Of a DNA stretch of 64,000 bases, positions 20,899 to 29,946 are shown piece by piece. The DNA lies in the NCBI GenBank assembly GCA_021813765.1, contig JAKAJM010000001.1, positions 3,230 through 67,229 on the forward strand. The letters are read 5' to 3'. This DNA comes from Nitrospirota bacterium (GTDB lineage: Bacteria > Nitrospirota > Thermodesulfovibrionia > Thermodesulfovibrionales > JdFR-88). Under the pieces are notes generated by a model, which was not told the DNA's origin, made no database searches, and worked only from the letters and a program-made list of their open reading frames with translations. Each line of letters opens with the position of its first letter. Positions within the stretch are counted from its first letter, which is position 1. The position numbers were made by a program, and so were the translations under genes.

Positions 20899-21099
20899 CT
20901 ATTTAGGATATCAAACCAGCCCGGGATTTTAACAGGCCCGCCAGAAAAAACGGGCAGAAACCGGCATGCGCTTTAGCGGGCAAAATATGAAGCCCATGAT
21001 AATGGGACTGTGATTTTAAAGGACAGCGGTACCGGATTTAGCGGCATTGTTTTTTTTGTTTTTTCGCCTGCGGTGCATACAGGCGCAGCGGTTTTTTCT

Positions 21100-21127
21100 T
21101 TGACATGTCTTTGAATTTAGTTATATT
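21100..21127 (+). promoter_or_regulatory. sigma70-type promoter for ugd
   Basis: TTGACA-16 nt-TATATT upstream of an AAGGAG SD. Confidence 0.5.
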
Positions 21128-21164
21128 TTAGTAAATACTTTCCAGGAGAAGGAGTTTTTTCCTC

Positions 21165-22469
21165 ATGCACATAGGGATAATCGGCACAGGTTATGTGGGG
21201 CTGGTCACGGGCGCGTGTTTTGCCGAGTTCGGCGTGAACGTCGTGTGCGCGGACAAGGACAGAGAAAAGATAGCCTCCCTTGTTGCCGGGAAAATACCTT
21301 TTTACGAGCCGGGGCTTGAGGAGATAGTACAGAAGAACGTAAAGAAGGGTTTTTTGCGGTTCACGGACAGGCTTTCGGAGGCGGTGGACCAGAGCCTGGT
21401 GGTCTTTATCGCGGTAGGCACGCCACCCAGGGGCGACGGCTCGGCGGACCTGCGCTTCGTTGAGGAGGTGGCAAAAGAGATAGCCCTCAACCTGGACGGC
21501 TATAAGGTGGTCGTCACCAAGAGCACCGTCCCGGTGGGCACGGGAAGCAAACTTAAAAAGCTCATAAGGGAAAACCTTAAAAACGGCGGAGACTTCGATG
21601 TGGCCTCCAACCCCGAGTTTCTGAGGGAAGGCTCGGCCATCGAGGATTTCATGCGGCCAAACCGGGTGGTGATAGGCACGGAAAGCCCGCAGGCGGCGGC
21701 CATACTCAAGGACCTGTACAATCCCCTCTACCTCCTGGACACGCCGTTCGTGCTTACGGACATAGAGACCGCCGAGCTTATAAAATACGCTTCAAACGCC
21801 TTTCTTGCCACCAAGATATCTTTCATAAACGAGCTCTCCAGGCTTTGCGAGAAGGTGGGGGCGGACGTGGGCACGGTGGCAAAGGGAATGGGGCTGGACA
21901 AAAGGATAGGGTCAAAATTCCTGCACGCAGGTCCGGGTTTCGGGGGCTCATGCTTCCCAAAAGACACCAGGGCCATCATAAACCTTGCCCGGGAAAACGG
22001 CCTTGAGCTGAAGCTCATCGAATCCTCCGTGCGGGTTAACGAAGAGCAGAAAATGCTGATGGTGGACAAGATAAAAGACGCAATGGGCCAGGTCGGCGGA
22101 AAGACGCTCTCGGTCCTCGGGCTTTCCTTCAAGCCAAACACGGACGACATGCGGGAGGCCCCGGCCATAAGCATAATTGGCGAGCTTATGAAGCAGGGGG
22201 CCAGGATAAGGGCGTTTGATCCGGTGGCCGCGGGCACCGCCAAAAAGATGCTCCCTGACGGGGTTGCCTATTTCAAGGACCCGTACGAGGCGGCCATGGG
22301 GGCCGACGGCCTTGTGATCCTGACCGAGTGGAACGAGCTAAGGAACCTGGACATGGAGAGGATGCGCAGTGTCCTGGCGGGCAATTTTTTCTTCGATCTC
22401 AGGAATATATACGACCCGGCCAGGATGCGCCAGACGGGGTTCAAATACTACTCCGTGGGCAGAAGCTAG
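21165..22469 (+). CDS. ugd: UDP-glucose 6-dehydrogenase
   Basis: GTGYVG, AVGTP, KSTVPVGT, NPEFLREG, GFGGSCFPKD, FKPNTDD. Confidence 0.95.
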   Translation: MHIGIIGTGYVGLVTGACFAEFGVNVVCADKDREKIASLVAGKIPFYEPGLEEIVQKNVKKGFLRFTDRLSEAVDQSLVVFIAVGTPPRGDGSADLRFVEEVAKEIALNLDGYKVVVTKSTVPVGTGSKLKKLIRENLKNGGDFDVASNPEFLREGSAIEDFMRPNRVVIGTESPQAAAILKDLYNPLYLLDTPFVLTDIETAELIKYASNAFLATKISFINELSRLCEKVGADVGTVAKGMGLDKRIGSKFLHAGPGFGGSCFPKDTRAIINLARENGLELKLIESSVRVNEEQKMLMVDKIKDAMGQVGGKTLSVLGLSFKPNTDDMREAPAISIIGELMKQGARIRAFDPVAAGTAKKMLPDGVAYFKDPYEAAMGADGLVILTEWNELRNLDMERMRSVLAGNFFFDLRNIYDPARMRQTGFKYYSVGRS

Positions 22470-22639
22470 TGTACTGAGTCCAATAGTTCTTTACATTTGG
22501 TTTGGGATATTTTTGCTGTCATTCCCGCAAGCGGAGCGCGACGGGAATCAATCTTTTAAGGATGATTCCGCCCGTTTTTATCCGCAATCGTAATAGAAAT
22601 GACAGACTTATGACGGTTATTTCTGAAACACCATGCTAG
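22466..22639. mobile_element. chimeric MITE-like element (C-type left arm, A-type right arm)
   Basis: CTAG at both ends, left CTAG contains the ugd stop codon; GTCATTCCCGCAAGCGGAGCGCGACGGGAATC core. Confidence 0.75.
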
Positions 22640-22642
22640 GGG

Positions 22643-23938
22643 TCAGTCGAAGTACTTCTTTTTCGTCTTCAGGTATTCCTGCTCCACCTTGCTTCCCGAA
22701 TAGTCGTGGGGGTATTTGTACCCCTCGCCGTGGCCCAGCTCCTTTGCCCCCTTGTAGTGGGCGTCCTTCAGGTGGTCCGGCACCTCGAGCGTCCTTTCCT
22801 GGGCGACGTCCTTTAGCGCGCGCTCAAGCGCCATGTAGCTGGCGTTCCCCTTTGGCGCTTTTGCGGCATAGGCCACTGCGAGGGCCAGGGGGATCCTGCC
22901 CTCTGGCATCCCGACGAACTCGACGGCCCTGAGCGCGGACACGGCAACGGTCAGGGCCTGGGGGTCCTCAAGCCCGATGTCCTCGGCGGCAAAGATCACG
23001 ATCCTTCTTGCTATGAAGCGCGGGTCCTCCCCTGCGTATATCATCTTTGCCAGGTAATACATGGCCGCGTCCGGGTCCGAGCCCCTCATGCTTTTTATGA
23101 AGGCGGATATTGTATCGTAGTGCTGGTCCCCGGCCTTGTCGTAGACCACCGCCTTTTTCTGTATGGACTCCTCGGCGACCTGCCGGGTCAGGCGTATCCT
23201 GCCGTCAGCCCCGGGCCGGGTGGTCAGGGCCGCAAGCTCGAGCGCGGAAAGCGCCTTTCTTGCGTCTCCCTCCGAAAGCCTTGCAAGGTGCTCAAGCGCC
23301 TCATCGTCGGCCTGGACCTGCATGAGGCCAAGCCCCCTTTGTTCATCCGCAAGGGCAGTCTTCATCATTTTAAGGAGGTCCTCCTCCAAGAGGGGTTTCA
23401 GCTCGAAGACCTGGCTTCTGGAAAGCAGCGCCGCGTTGACATAGAAAAAAGGGTTTTCCACCGTTGCCGCGATAAGGGTGACATTTCCCTCCTCCACATC
23501 AGGCAGAAGCGCGTCCTGCTGCAGCTTGTTCATGCGGTGTATCTCGTCCAGGAAAAGGATGGTCTTGCGGCCGGCGCCCGCCTGCCTGCGGGCCTCCGCG
23601 ATCACCTTCCTCACTTCGGGAAGCCCGGCGGTGGCCGCGTTCAGCCACTCGAACCTGGCCCTGGTATGATTGGCGATGACCCTGGCCAGCGCCGTTTTAC
23701 CCGTTCCGGGCGGGCCGTAGAGGATTATGGAGGTTATCTTGTCAGCTTCGATGGCTCGCCTTAAAAGCTTGCCTTCTCCAAGGATGTGGGCCTGCCCAAG
23801 GTATTCATCAAGGCCGCGGGGGCTCATGCGGAAGGCAAGAGGGGGCTGCTTTCTTTGACTTTTCGGGTTTTTGTTTTTTTCGTCTTCCTGGCCGCCGGCT
23901 GCGCCTGCGGACAGGCTGCCGGGCTCGAAAAGCTCCAT
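22643..23938 (-). CDS. rarA: replication-associated recombination protein A
   Basis: PLAFRM, GQAH, GPPGTGKT, LDEIHR, QQDALLP, SAFIKSMRGSDPD, YKYPHD. Confidence 0.95.
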   Translation of the reverse strand: MELFEPGSLSAGAAGGQEDEKNKNPKSQRKQPPLAFRMSPRGLDEYLGQAHILGEGKLLRRAIEADKITSIILYGPPGTGKTALARVIANHTRARFEWLNAATAGLPEVRKVIAEARRQAGAGRKTILFLDEIHRMNKLQQDALLPDVEEGNVTLIAATVENPFFYVNAALLSRSQVFELKPLLEEDLLKMMKTALADEQRGLGLMQVQADDEALEHLARLSEGDARKALSALELAALTTRPGADGRIRLTRQVAEESIQKKAVVYDKAGDQHYDTISAFIKSMRGSDPDAAMYYLAKMIYAGEDPRFIARRIVIFAAEDIGLEDPQALTVAVSALRAVEFVGMPEGRIPLALAVAYAAKAPKGNASYMALERALKDVAQERTLEVPDHLKDAHYKGAKELGHGEGYKYPHDYSGSKVEQEYLKTKKKYFD

Positions 23939-24087
23939 AAGAAATTTTACCTTTTAAGGCGCAAAATTGACAATCGCGTCATAATCGCGTTATTTTTGGG
24001 CTTGACAACCACCCCGCGTAACTGTTAATAATTTGCGTCCTCTTTTTGGAGGACCCCAGTGGGGAGGGGCGTTTTGCCTCAAGCGAC

Positions 24088-25467
24088 ATGGCCGACAGAA
24101 CAGTTCTTCTAATCAGCAACGACGCTGCATACGCGGGATTTTTAAAAAAAAACCTCGAACCGTCAGGTTATACGTTTGAGTTAAGGGAATCCCTTCCTGC
24201 CAACCTGAGGCGGCCCGGGTATGAGGCCCGCCCTCTGATGATAGACCTGGGGATGCCGCGCTCCGTCGAGATACTTTCTTCTTTCAAGGCCTACCATCCG
24301 GAGGCCAGCATCATAGCCGTGTCCAATGGCAATTTCAGGAAAATGGAGGAGGCCCTGAAGGCCGGGGCCACCTACGCGGTCTTCGAGAGAAACAGCGGAG
24401 ACCTCCATACCCTGAAGGAGACCCTCCGCCACATATACGAAGGTTTTTCGGCCAGGCAGGAGCTGGAAATGCTCAGGGCCATCACCGAGCCAAGGCTCGT
24501 GGCCAAAAGCGCCGGGATGAAGACGGCCATGAGGCTGGCAGATGACGCCGCGACGCTGCCTTTCCCCAATGCCGACAAGCCGGTGGTGCTTTTTGGGCCG
24601 CCAGGCTCCGGGCGCGGACTTATCGCAAAGTACATACATTCAAGTAGCCACAGGGCCGGCATGCCGTTTGTGATGATGAAGGGTGGCGACATGCTGGCAG
24701 ATTCGGTCATGGAGGCGAGGGGCGGCACGCTTTTCATAAAAGACCTGAAGGCGCTTGGACAAGAGAACATGGCCCTCATCAAGGACCTGATAACCCGGAA
24801 GGAGTTCCGCTTCACCGGCGACGGACACTGCAGCGACGGCGATGCCCCCGGCGCCACCGGGGCGGATGTGCGCGTCATGCTTGGATGTTTTTGCCCCGAG
24901 GACTCGGACTTGCTCCAGGGCATTGATTACATGGGCATCGAGGTCCCCCCGATCGAGCAGCGCCGCGAGGACATAGTGCCCCTTGCAAACAGCTTTCTGG
25001 AGGAGCTTTCGGCGTTCCTCAAGGCCGGGAAGAAATATTTCACCAAAAGCGCGAGGGAGGCGCTTATGGCAAGGGAATACCCGGACGGGGTGGAAGGACT
25101 TAAAAAGCTTGTGCACAGGGCCTACTTCCTGGGCACGGCAAGCGCGATAGGTGACAAGGACCTCCTGGGCTCGGAGTTCCTTGGGAAATGCTCTTTCAAG
25201 GAGTTCCTTGATGAAAGGCTCAGGCTGTATCTAAGGAAGATGTCCCAGCTTGAACGCTCGAACCTTTATGATACCGTCGTTGGCGAGGTGGAAAAGGCTC
25301 TCATAGAGCTGGCCTTAAGCGAAATGGGGGGAAACAAGCTGAGGGCGGCAAAGGCCCTCGGAATGAACCGAAACACCTTCAGGGCAAAGCTTAAAAGCCT
25401 CAAGATCAGTGGAGATGGAAAGCGCCCCGCTGCCGCAGTCAAAGAGCCGGCGGAAAAACAAAAATAG
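24088..25467 (+). CDS. NtrC-like regulator: receiver, degenerate sigma54 AAA+ domain and Fis-type HTH
   Basis: GPPGSGRG, GGTLFIKD, RREDI, YPDG, C-terminal GGNKLRAAKALGMNRNT; no GAFTGA loop. Confidence 0.8.
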   Translation: MADRTVLLISNDAAYAGFLKKNLEPSGYTFELRESLPANLRRPGYEARPLMIDLGMPRSVEILSSFKAYHPEASIIAVSNGNFRKMEEALKAGATYAVFERNSGDLHTLKETLRHIYEGFSARQELEMLRAITEPRLVAKSAGMKTAMRLADDAATLPFPNADKPVVLFGPPGSGRGLIAKYIHSSSHRAGMPFVMMKGGDMLADSVMEARGGTLFIKDLKALGQENMALIKDLITRKEFRFTGDGHCSDGDAPGATGADVRVMLGCFCPEDSDLLQGIDYMGIEVPPIEQRREDIVPLANSFLEELSAFLKAGKKYFTKSAREALMAREYPDGVEGLKKLVHRAYFLGTASAIGDKDLLGSEFLGKCSFKEFLDERLRLYLRKMSQLERSNLYDTVVGEVEKALIELALSEMGGNKLRAAKALGMNRNTFRAKLKSLKISGDGKRPAAAVKEPAEKQK

Positions 25468-25474
25468 TAAAAAC

Positions 25475-26097
25475 CAGTGTGGCGGTCGTAAAGAAATTCC
25501 TTTACATAACACTTTTCAATCGAGTTAAGAAAAAGTAAGCATATCCAGGGGCGTCATGCCCAAGTATCCCTGTCTTTTTAAATTCTTAAAACGGATAAAA
25601 TCGGGCGGGTATCGAATGGCGCTAGTGTGGTGTTTCATAAATAACCGTCATAAGCCTGTCATTCCGTCTTGTCCGGAATCATCCTTTAAAGATTGATTCC
25701 CGACGCGCTCCGCTTGCGGGAATGACAACAAATTAATGCTAAAAACTTTTGAAACACCACACTAGTTTAAGCAATCCCGGCATTATGAAAGGCTTTGTAA
25801 TTATTCAAAGATTTCAGATGCTTTTTCCGTCATTCCGGGCTTGACCCGGAATCCGGCGACTTGGCTTTGTTTGCAGGTAAAAGTCACCGGCCAGGGAGCG
25901 GCCTTCGCCGGTATGACGGCTATGCGGCATAATGACCAGTACCTTTTTAAATGAGTTTTTCATGGAAGAAACCCTTAAACCAGCGCCATTCGGGCGGGTA
26001 TCCATTTTGACGTTTTCATAAATTGGATTCCCGCCTGCGCGGGAATGACAGCCAAAACACTTCCGAATCAAATATAAAAAAACGTTGACGCACCACT
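25475..26097. repeat. degenerate family-C element with nested elements and REP palindromes
   Basis: C-like left arm CAGTGTGGCGGTCGTAAAG...CTTTACAT and right arm GACAGCCAAAACAC...CGTTGACGCACCAC; internal palindromes at 25828-25919 and about 26024-26051. Confidence 0.6.
25622..25765. mobile_element. MITE-like element, family A
   Basis: perfect CTAGTGTGGTGTTTCA...TGAAACACCACACTAG inverted ends around a REP doublet. Confidence 0.85.
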
Positions 26098-26123
26098 CCG
26101 GGCAACTATGCGCGGGACGAGGG

Positions 26124-26942
26124 CTACAGGCGCGTGCCGCTTAGGGCGTCTTTGCAGGGGCAGTTCCTTTGTCCAGGCATGAGAGAGAGGGCCCTTTTGA
26201 TCAGCGCCATCACTGAGGCGGTGCTTTTGGCCATTGTCTCCACCACCTCCGTGGTGGTCAGCTTTTCCGCGGAAGACACTCCCGCCGCAAAGTTTGTGAC
26301 CACGCAGATTGCGGCGTAGCATATCTGGAGTTCCCTGGCCAGCGCTGCCTCAGGCATCCCGGTCATGCCCACGATGTGCCCCCCGGAGCGTCTGAAAAAT
26401 TCGATCTCCGCCCGGCTCTCAAGCCTTGGCCCGTTCGTGCAGACGTAGGTTGCGCTCCTGGAGACGGCGATCCCTTCGGCCTGCGCGGCAGCCTGGAGGA
26501 CAGGTCTCATCTGAGGGCAGTAAGGGTCTGTGAAATCTATATGCACTACGTCCTTCCCGTCATAGAAAGTTGATTCCCGCGCTCCCTGGGTGAAGTCCAT
26601 CGCCTGGTCCGGCAGCACGATGCTTCCGGGGGGAAGCCCGGGGTCTACCGCCCCCACCGCGTTTATCCCCAATATACGCTCCACTCCCATCGCCCTCATG
26701 CCCCAGATGTTTGCCCTGTAGTTTACCTTGTGCGGGGGGATGGAATGCTTTGCCCCATGGCGCGGGAGAAAGACCACCTGCAGGCCGGCTGGGCCTTCCC
26801 CTCCGGGGGCCTCTTCAAATCCGGCCACGATATAACGCCCTGAAGGCTCCCCGTAAGGGGTGCTTATGCTTTCCTCTTTAAGGCGCCGGAACCCGGTGAC
26901 CTCGTAGAGTCCGCTTCCGCCTATAATGCCAAGTTTGACCAT
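26124..26942 (-). CDS. mtnP: S-methyl-5'-thioadenosine/thioinosine phosphorylase
   Basis: GIIGGSG, TPYG, PRHG, NYRANI, GPRLES, GMTGMPE, VTNFA. Confidence 0.9.
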   Translation of the reverse strand: MVKLGIIGGSGLYEVTGFRRLKEESISTPYGEPSGRYIVAGFEEAPGGEGPAGLQVVFLPRHGAKHSIPPHKVNYRANIWGMRAMGVERILGINAVGAVDPGLPPGSIVLPDQAMDFTQGARESTFYDGKDVVHIDFTDPYCPQMRPVLQAAAQAEGIAVSRSATYVCTNGPRLESRAEIEFFRRSGGHIVGMTGMPEAALARELQICYAAICVVTNFAAGVSSAEKLTTTEVVETMAKSTASVMALIKRALSLMPGQRNCPCKDALSGTRL

Positions 26943-27159
26943 GCTATAATACTAACAAAAGTAAGGCCGCGAATAAAAATGGAAAAATCCGCAGAAATAA
27001 AATTTTTCAAGGAAGCAAAAAACAGCTTTTTAAAAGATCCGGCTCCCAGGGCATATCTTAAAAAATAAAATAAAATAAATTAAAACTCTCTTCCCGGCGG
27101 TCAGGGCGGATAAAAATAAAAAATTTAAAAATCAAAAATCGGGGTAGGCAAAAACTGAA

Positions 27160-28545
27160 ATGACAGATACCGGTCTTATGAAAGAGACGCTTGCCGCGGT
27201 GCTTTCCGCAAAGGGGATCGATTACGCGGACCTGTATGTGGAGGCCAGCCGGAGCACAGGCATCCAGATAGAGGACAGCAAGGTTGAAAAGCTGCTTGAA
27301 GGCTCCGATTCGGGGGCGGGGCTCAGGCTCATCCGTGAAGGCAAGACCTCGTATGCGTATACGAACAGGCTGGCGAAAGAGGATTTTTTGCAGATGGCCG
27401 CGGAGCTCAGTACTGCGGCAGTCCGGGGCGGCCCCGTCAGGGATCTGGACCTGACCAGCAGGGCCCCGCAAGTGGAGTATGCGATCAAAATAGACCCCGG
27501 CCTGGTCGCGCTTGAAAAAAAAGTGGGGATGCTCAAGGAGGCCGAAAGGGCCGCGCGGGCCTATCATGGCAGCATAAAACAGGTAAGCGTGACCTACAGG
27601 GAGACCGCCCAGAAGGTCCAGATAGCGTCCTCCGAGGGTTTCCTGGCCGTGGACGACCGCATTCAGACGGTTCTTCTGGTGAATGTGATCGCCCGTGACG
27701 GCGAGGTAGTGCAGACTGGCTATGAGGCCGTTGGCGGGGCCATGGGCTTTGAGCTCTTCGACGAGGTCCCCGCGGTTGAGGTGGCGCTAAAGGCGGCAAA
27801 AAAGGCTGTGATGATGCTTAAGGCAAGGAGAGCGCCCGGCGGCAGGATGCCTGTCGTCATATCTTCCCAGGCCGGAGGCACGATGATACACGAGGCCGTT
27901 GGTCATGGACTTGAGGCCGACCTTTCGCAGCAGGGGCTTTCCATCTATTCCGGCAAGATGGGGCAGAAGATAGCAGCCGGCATCATAAACGTGGTGGATG
28001 ACGCCACATTGCCGGGCAAGCGCGGCTCCTTCCGGTTCGACGACGAGGGCACGCCTTCACAAAAGACCGTCCTTATAAAAGACGGCGTGCTCACCGGCTT
28101 CATGTACGACAGGCTTTCGGCCATGAAGGCGGGGGCAAACCCCACCGGAAACGGCAGGAGGCAGTCCTACCGGCACAGGCCCATCCCCCGGATGACAAAC
28201 ACGATGATCTGCCCCGGCAAGACCCCGGCGGACGAGATACTTAAAAGCACCCCGAGAGGGCTTCTGGTTAAAAAGATGGGCGGCGGCCAGGTAAACACCC
28301 TCACCGGAGATTTTGTTTTCGATGTCCAGGAGGGATATCTGATAGAAAACGGCCAGGCAGGCCCCCCTGTCCGCGGTGCGACACTGGCCGGAAACGGCCC
28401 GCGTGTCCTCATGGATATAGACATGGTAGGGTCGGACCTCGGTTTTTCGATCGGGACCTGCGGCAAGGACTCCCAGGGGGTCCCGGTCTCTGACGCCCAG
28501 CCCACCATCAGGGTGCCTGAACTGGTGGTCGGAGGCGAGTCCTGA
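27160..28545 (+). CDS. tldD: TldD metalloprotease
   Basis: HEAVGHGLEAD, FDDEG, TGNGRR, PRMTNT, GTCGK, QPT. Confidence 0.93.
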   Translation: MTDTGLMKETLAAVLSAKGIDYADLYVEASRSTGIQIEDSKVEKLLEGSDSGAGLRLIREGKTSYAYTNRLAKEDFLQMAAELSTAAVRGGPVRDLDLTSRAPQVEYAIKIDPGLVALEKKVGMLKEAERAARAYHGSIKQVSVTYRETAQKVQIASSEGFLAVDDRIQTVLLVNVIARDGEVVQTGYEAVGGAMGFELFDEVPAVEVALKAAKKAVMMLKARRAPGGRMPVVISSQAGGTMIHEAVGHGLEADLSQQGLSIYSGKMGQKIAAGIINVVDDATLPGKRGSFRFDDEGTPSQKTVLIKDGVLTGFMYDRLSAMKAGANPTGNGRRQSYRHRPIPRMTNTMICPGKTPADEILKSTPRGLLVKKMGGGQVNTLTGDFVFDVQEGYLIENGQAGPPVRGATLAGNGPRVLMDIDMVGSDLGFSIGTCGKDSQGVPVSDAQPTIRVPELVVGGES

Positions 28546-28644
28546 CGGCAGCTGGAGTGCCCGGATGTGGCCTTTTTGCAACAGGTGAAGTTTATTAACA
28601 ACATATGCGCATGAAAAACTCTTTTATTTATAAGTACTTCTGTC

Positions 28645-28660
28645 TGGCACGTTCATTGCA
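28645..28660 (+). promoter_or_regulatory. sigma54 (-24/-12) promoter of lpxC
   Basis: TGGCACGTTCATTGCA matches TGGCACG-N4-TTGCW. Confidence 0.75.
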
Positions 28661-28673
28661 AAAGAAAGAAGTG

Positions 28674-29555
28674 ATGAGAAACCAGCAGACATTGGCAAAA
28701 GAAGTGACGGTAGAGGGGGTAGGGCTGCACACCGGCGTCCAGGCCGCCATAAGGCTTAAGCCGGCGCCCAAGGACACCGGCATAATCTTCACTATAAAAG
28801 GCGGGGGGGCGTCCATAAGCGCCAACGTGAACGCGGTCTGCGACACCGCGTTTTCCACCACCCTTGGGGCGGACGGCACGAGGGTGAAGACGGTGGAGCA
28901 TCTGCTTGCAGCCCTTTCCGGGCTTGGCATAGACAACCTTCTGATAGAGATCGACGGCCCTGAAGTGCCTATACTGGATGGCAGCTCCAAGCGGTTCGTT
29001 GATTCCATAATCGTGGCTGGCATTGCCCGCCAGCCATCCAAAAGGCCGTACCTGAAGATAACAAAGCCGTTCATATTCAAGGACGGCGACGCGGAGGTTT
29101 CGGCGATCCCGTATGAGGGGAGGCGGATATCCTACCGCATATTTTATCCGCACAGGCTTCTTGGACGGCAGGAGATGACCTTCGAGTTCGAAGAGGGCCT
29201 TTTCATAACCGATATAGCGCCCGCCAGGACGTTCGGGTTCCTGAAAGACGTCCAGTACCTAAGGACGATCGGCCTTGCAAAGGGCGGCTCGCTTGAAAAC
29301 GCGGTCATACTGAATGACACGGAGGTCCTGAACTCTTCCGGGCTCAGGTTCAAGGACGAGTTTTTGCGTCACAAGCTCCTTGATTTCATCGGCGACATGT
29401 CCCTGATGGGGTTCCCGGTGCAGGGGCACATGAAGGCAAGCAGGACCGGGCACACCAGCAACCTCAAATTTGCGAAGGCCCTGCTTGCCGCAACCGATTG
29501 CTGGCAGATCGCCTACGACGTGGAGCAGGGTTCCGCCAGCCTTAGATACGCCTAA
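28674..29555 (+). CDS. lpxC: UDP-3-O-acyl-N-acetylglucosamine deacetylase
   Basis: QQTL, GVGLHTG, TVEHLLAAL, EVPILDGS, ARTFGF, HKLLD, GH; start GTG 28671 or ATG 28674. Confidence 0.95.
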   Translation: MRNQQTLAKEVTVEGVGLHTGVQAAIRLKPAPKDTGIIFTIKGGGASISANVNAVCDTAFSTTLGADGTRVKTVEHLLAALSGLGIDNLLIEIDGPEVPILDGSSKRFVDSIIVAGIARQPSKRPYLKITKPFIFKDGDAEVSAIPYEGRRISYRIFYPHRLLGRQEMTFEFEEGLFITDIAPARTFGFLKDVQYLRTIGLAKGGSLENAVILNDTEVLNSSGLRFKDEFLRHKLLDFIGDMSLMGFPVQGHMKASRTGHTSNLKFAKALLAATDCWQIAYDVEQGSASLRYA

Positions 29556-29590
29556 ACTGCCTGCCTGCACTCCTTTTTCTGAATAAAAGA

Positions 29591-29637
29591 AGCTGGGAAG
29601 AGTTTTTTTCTTAAAGCCCTAAAAAATCTTCCCAGCT
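29591..29637. terminator. probable bidirectional terminator between convergent lpxC and the histone-like gene
   Basis: AGCTGGGAAG/CTTCCCAGCT stem with A- and T-rich flanks. Confidence 0.55.
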
Positions 29638-29663
29638 CAGCTTTTTTCCTCAAAAAACGTTCT

Positions 29664-29888
29664 TTATTTCTTTTTCGCTGCCGTCTTCTTTGCCGCAGGC
29701 TTGGCAGCCGCCTTTTTTGCTGCGGGCTTGGCTGCTGCCTTTTTTGCTGCGGGCTTGGCTGCTGCCTTCTTCGGAGCGGCCGCCTTCTTCGTAACCGTGG
29801 CCTTAGCCGCAGTTTTCTTCGCTGCGGGTTTGGCAGCCGCCTTCTTCGGAGCTGCCGCCTTTGCTGCCGGTTTCTTCGCTGTCGCCAT
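29664..29888 (-). CDS. histone H1-like Lys/Ala/Pro-rich DNA-binding protein (74 aa)
   Basis: AAGGAGGTG SD before ATG 29888; MATAKKPAAK followed by repeated AAAKPAAKK units with synonymous codon variation. Confidence 0.85.
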   Translation of the reverse strand: MATAKKPAAKAAAPKKAAAKPAAKKTAAKATVTKKAAAPKKAAAKPAAKKAAAKPAAKKAAAKPAAKKTAAKKK

Positions 29889-29946
29889 CTTTTTCACCTC
29901 CTTTCTCGTGGGCCCTGGCCCCTTTCGGGGCCGGGGCGGCGGTTTT

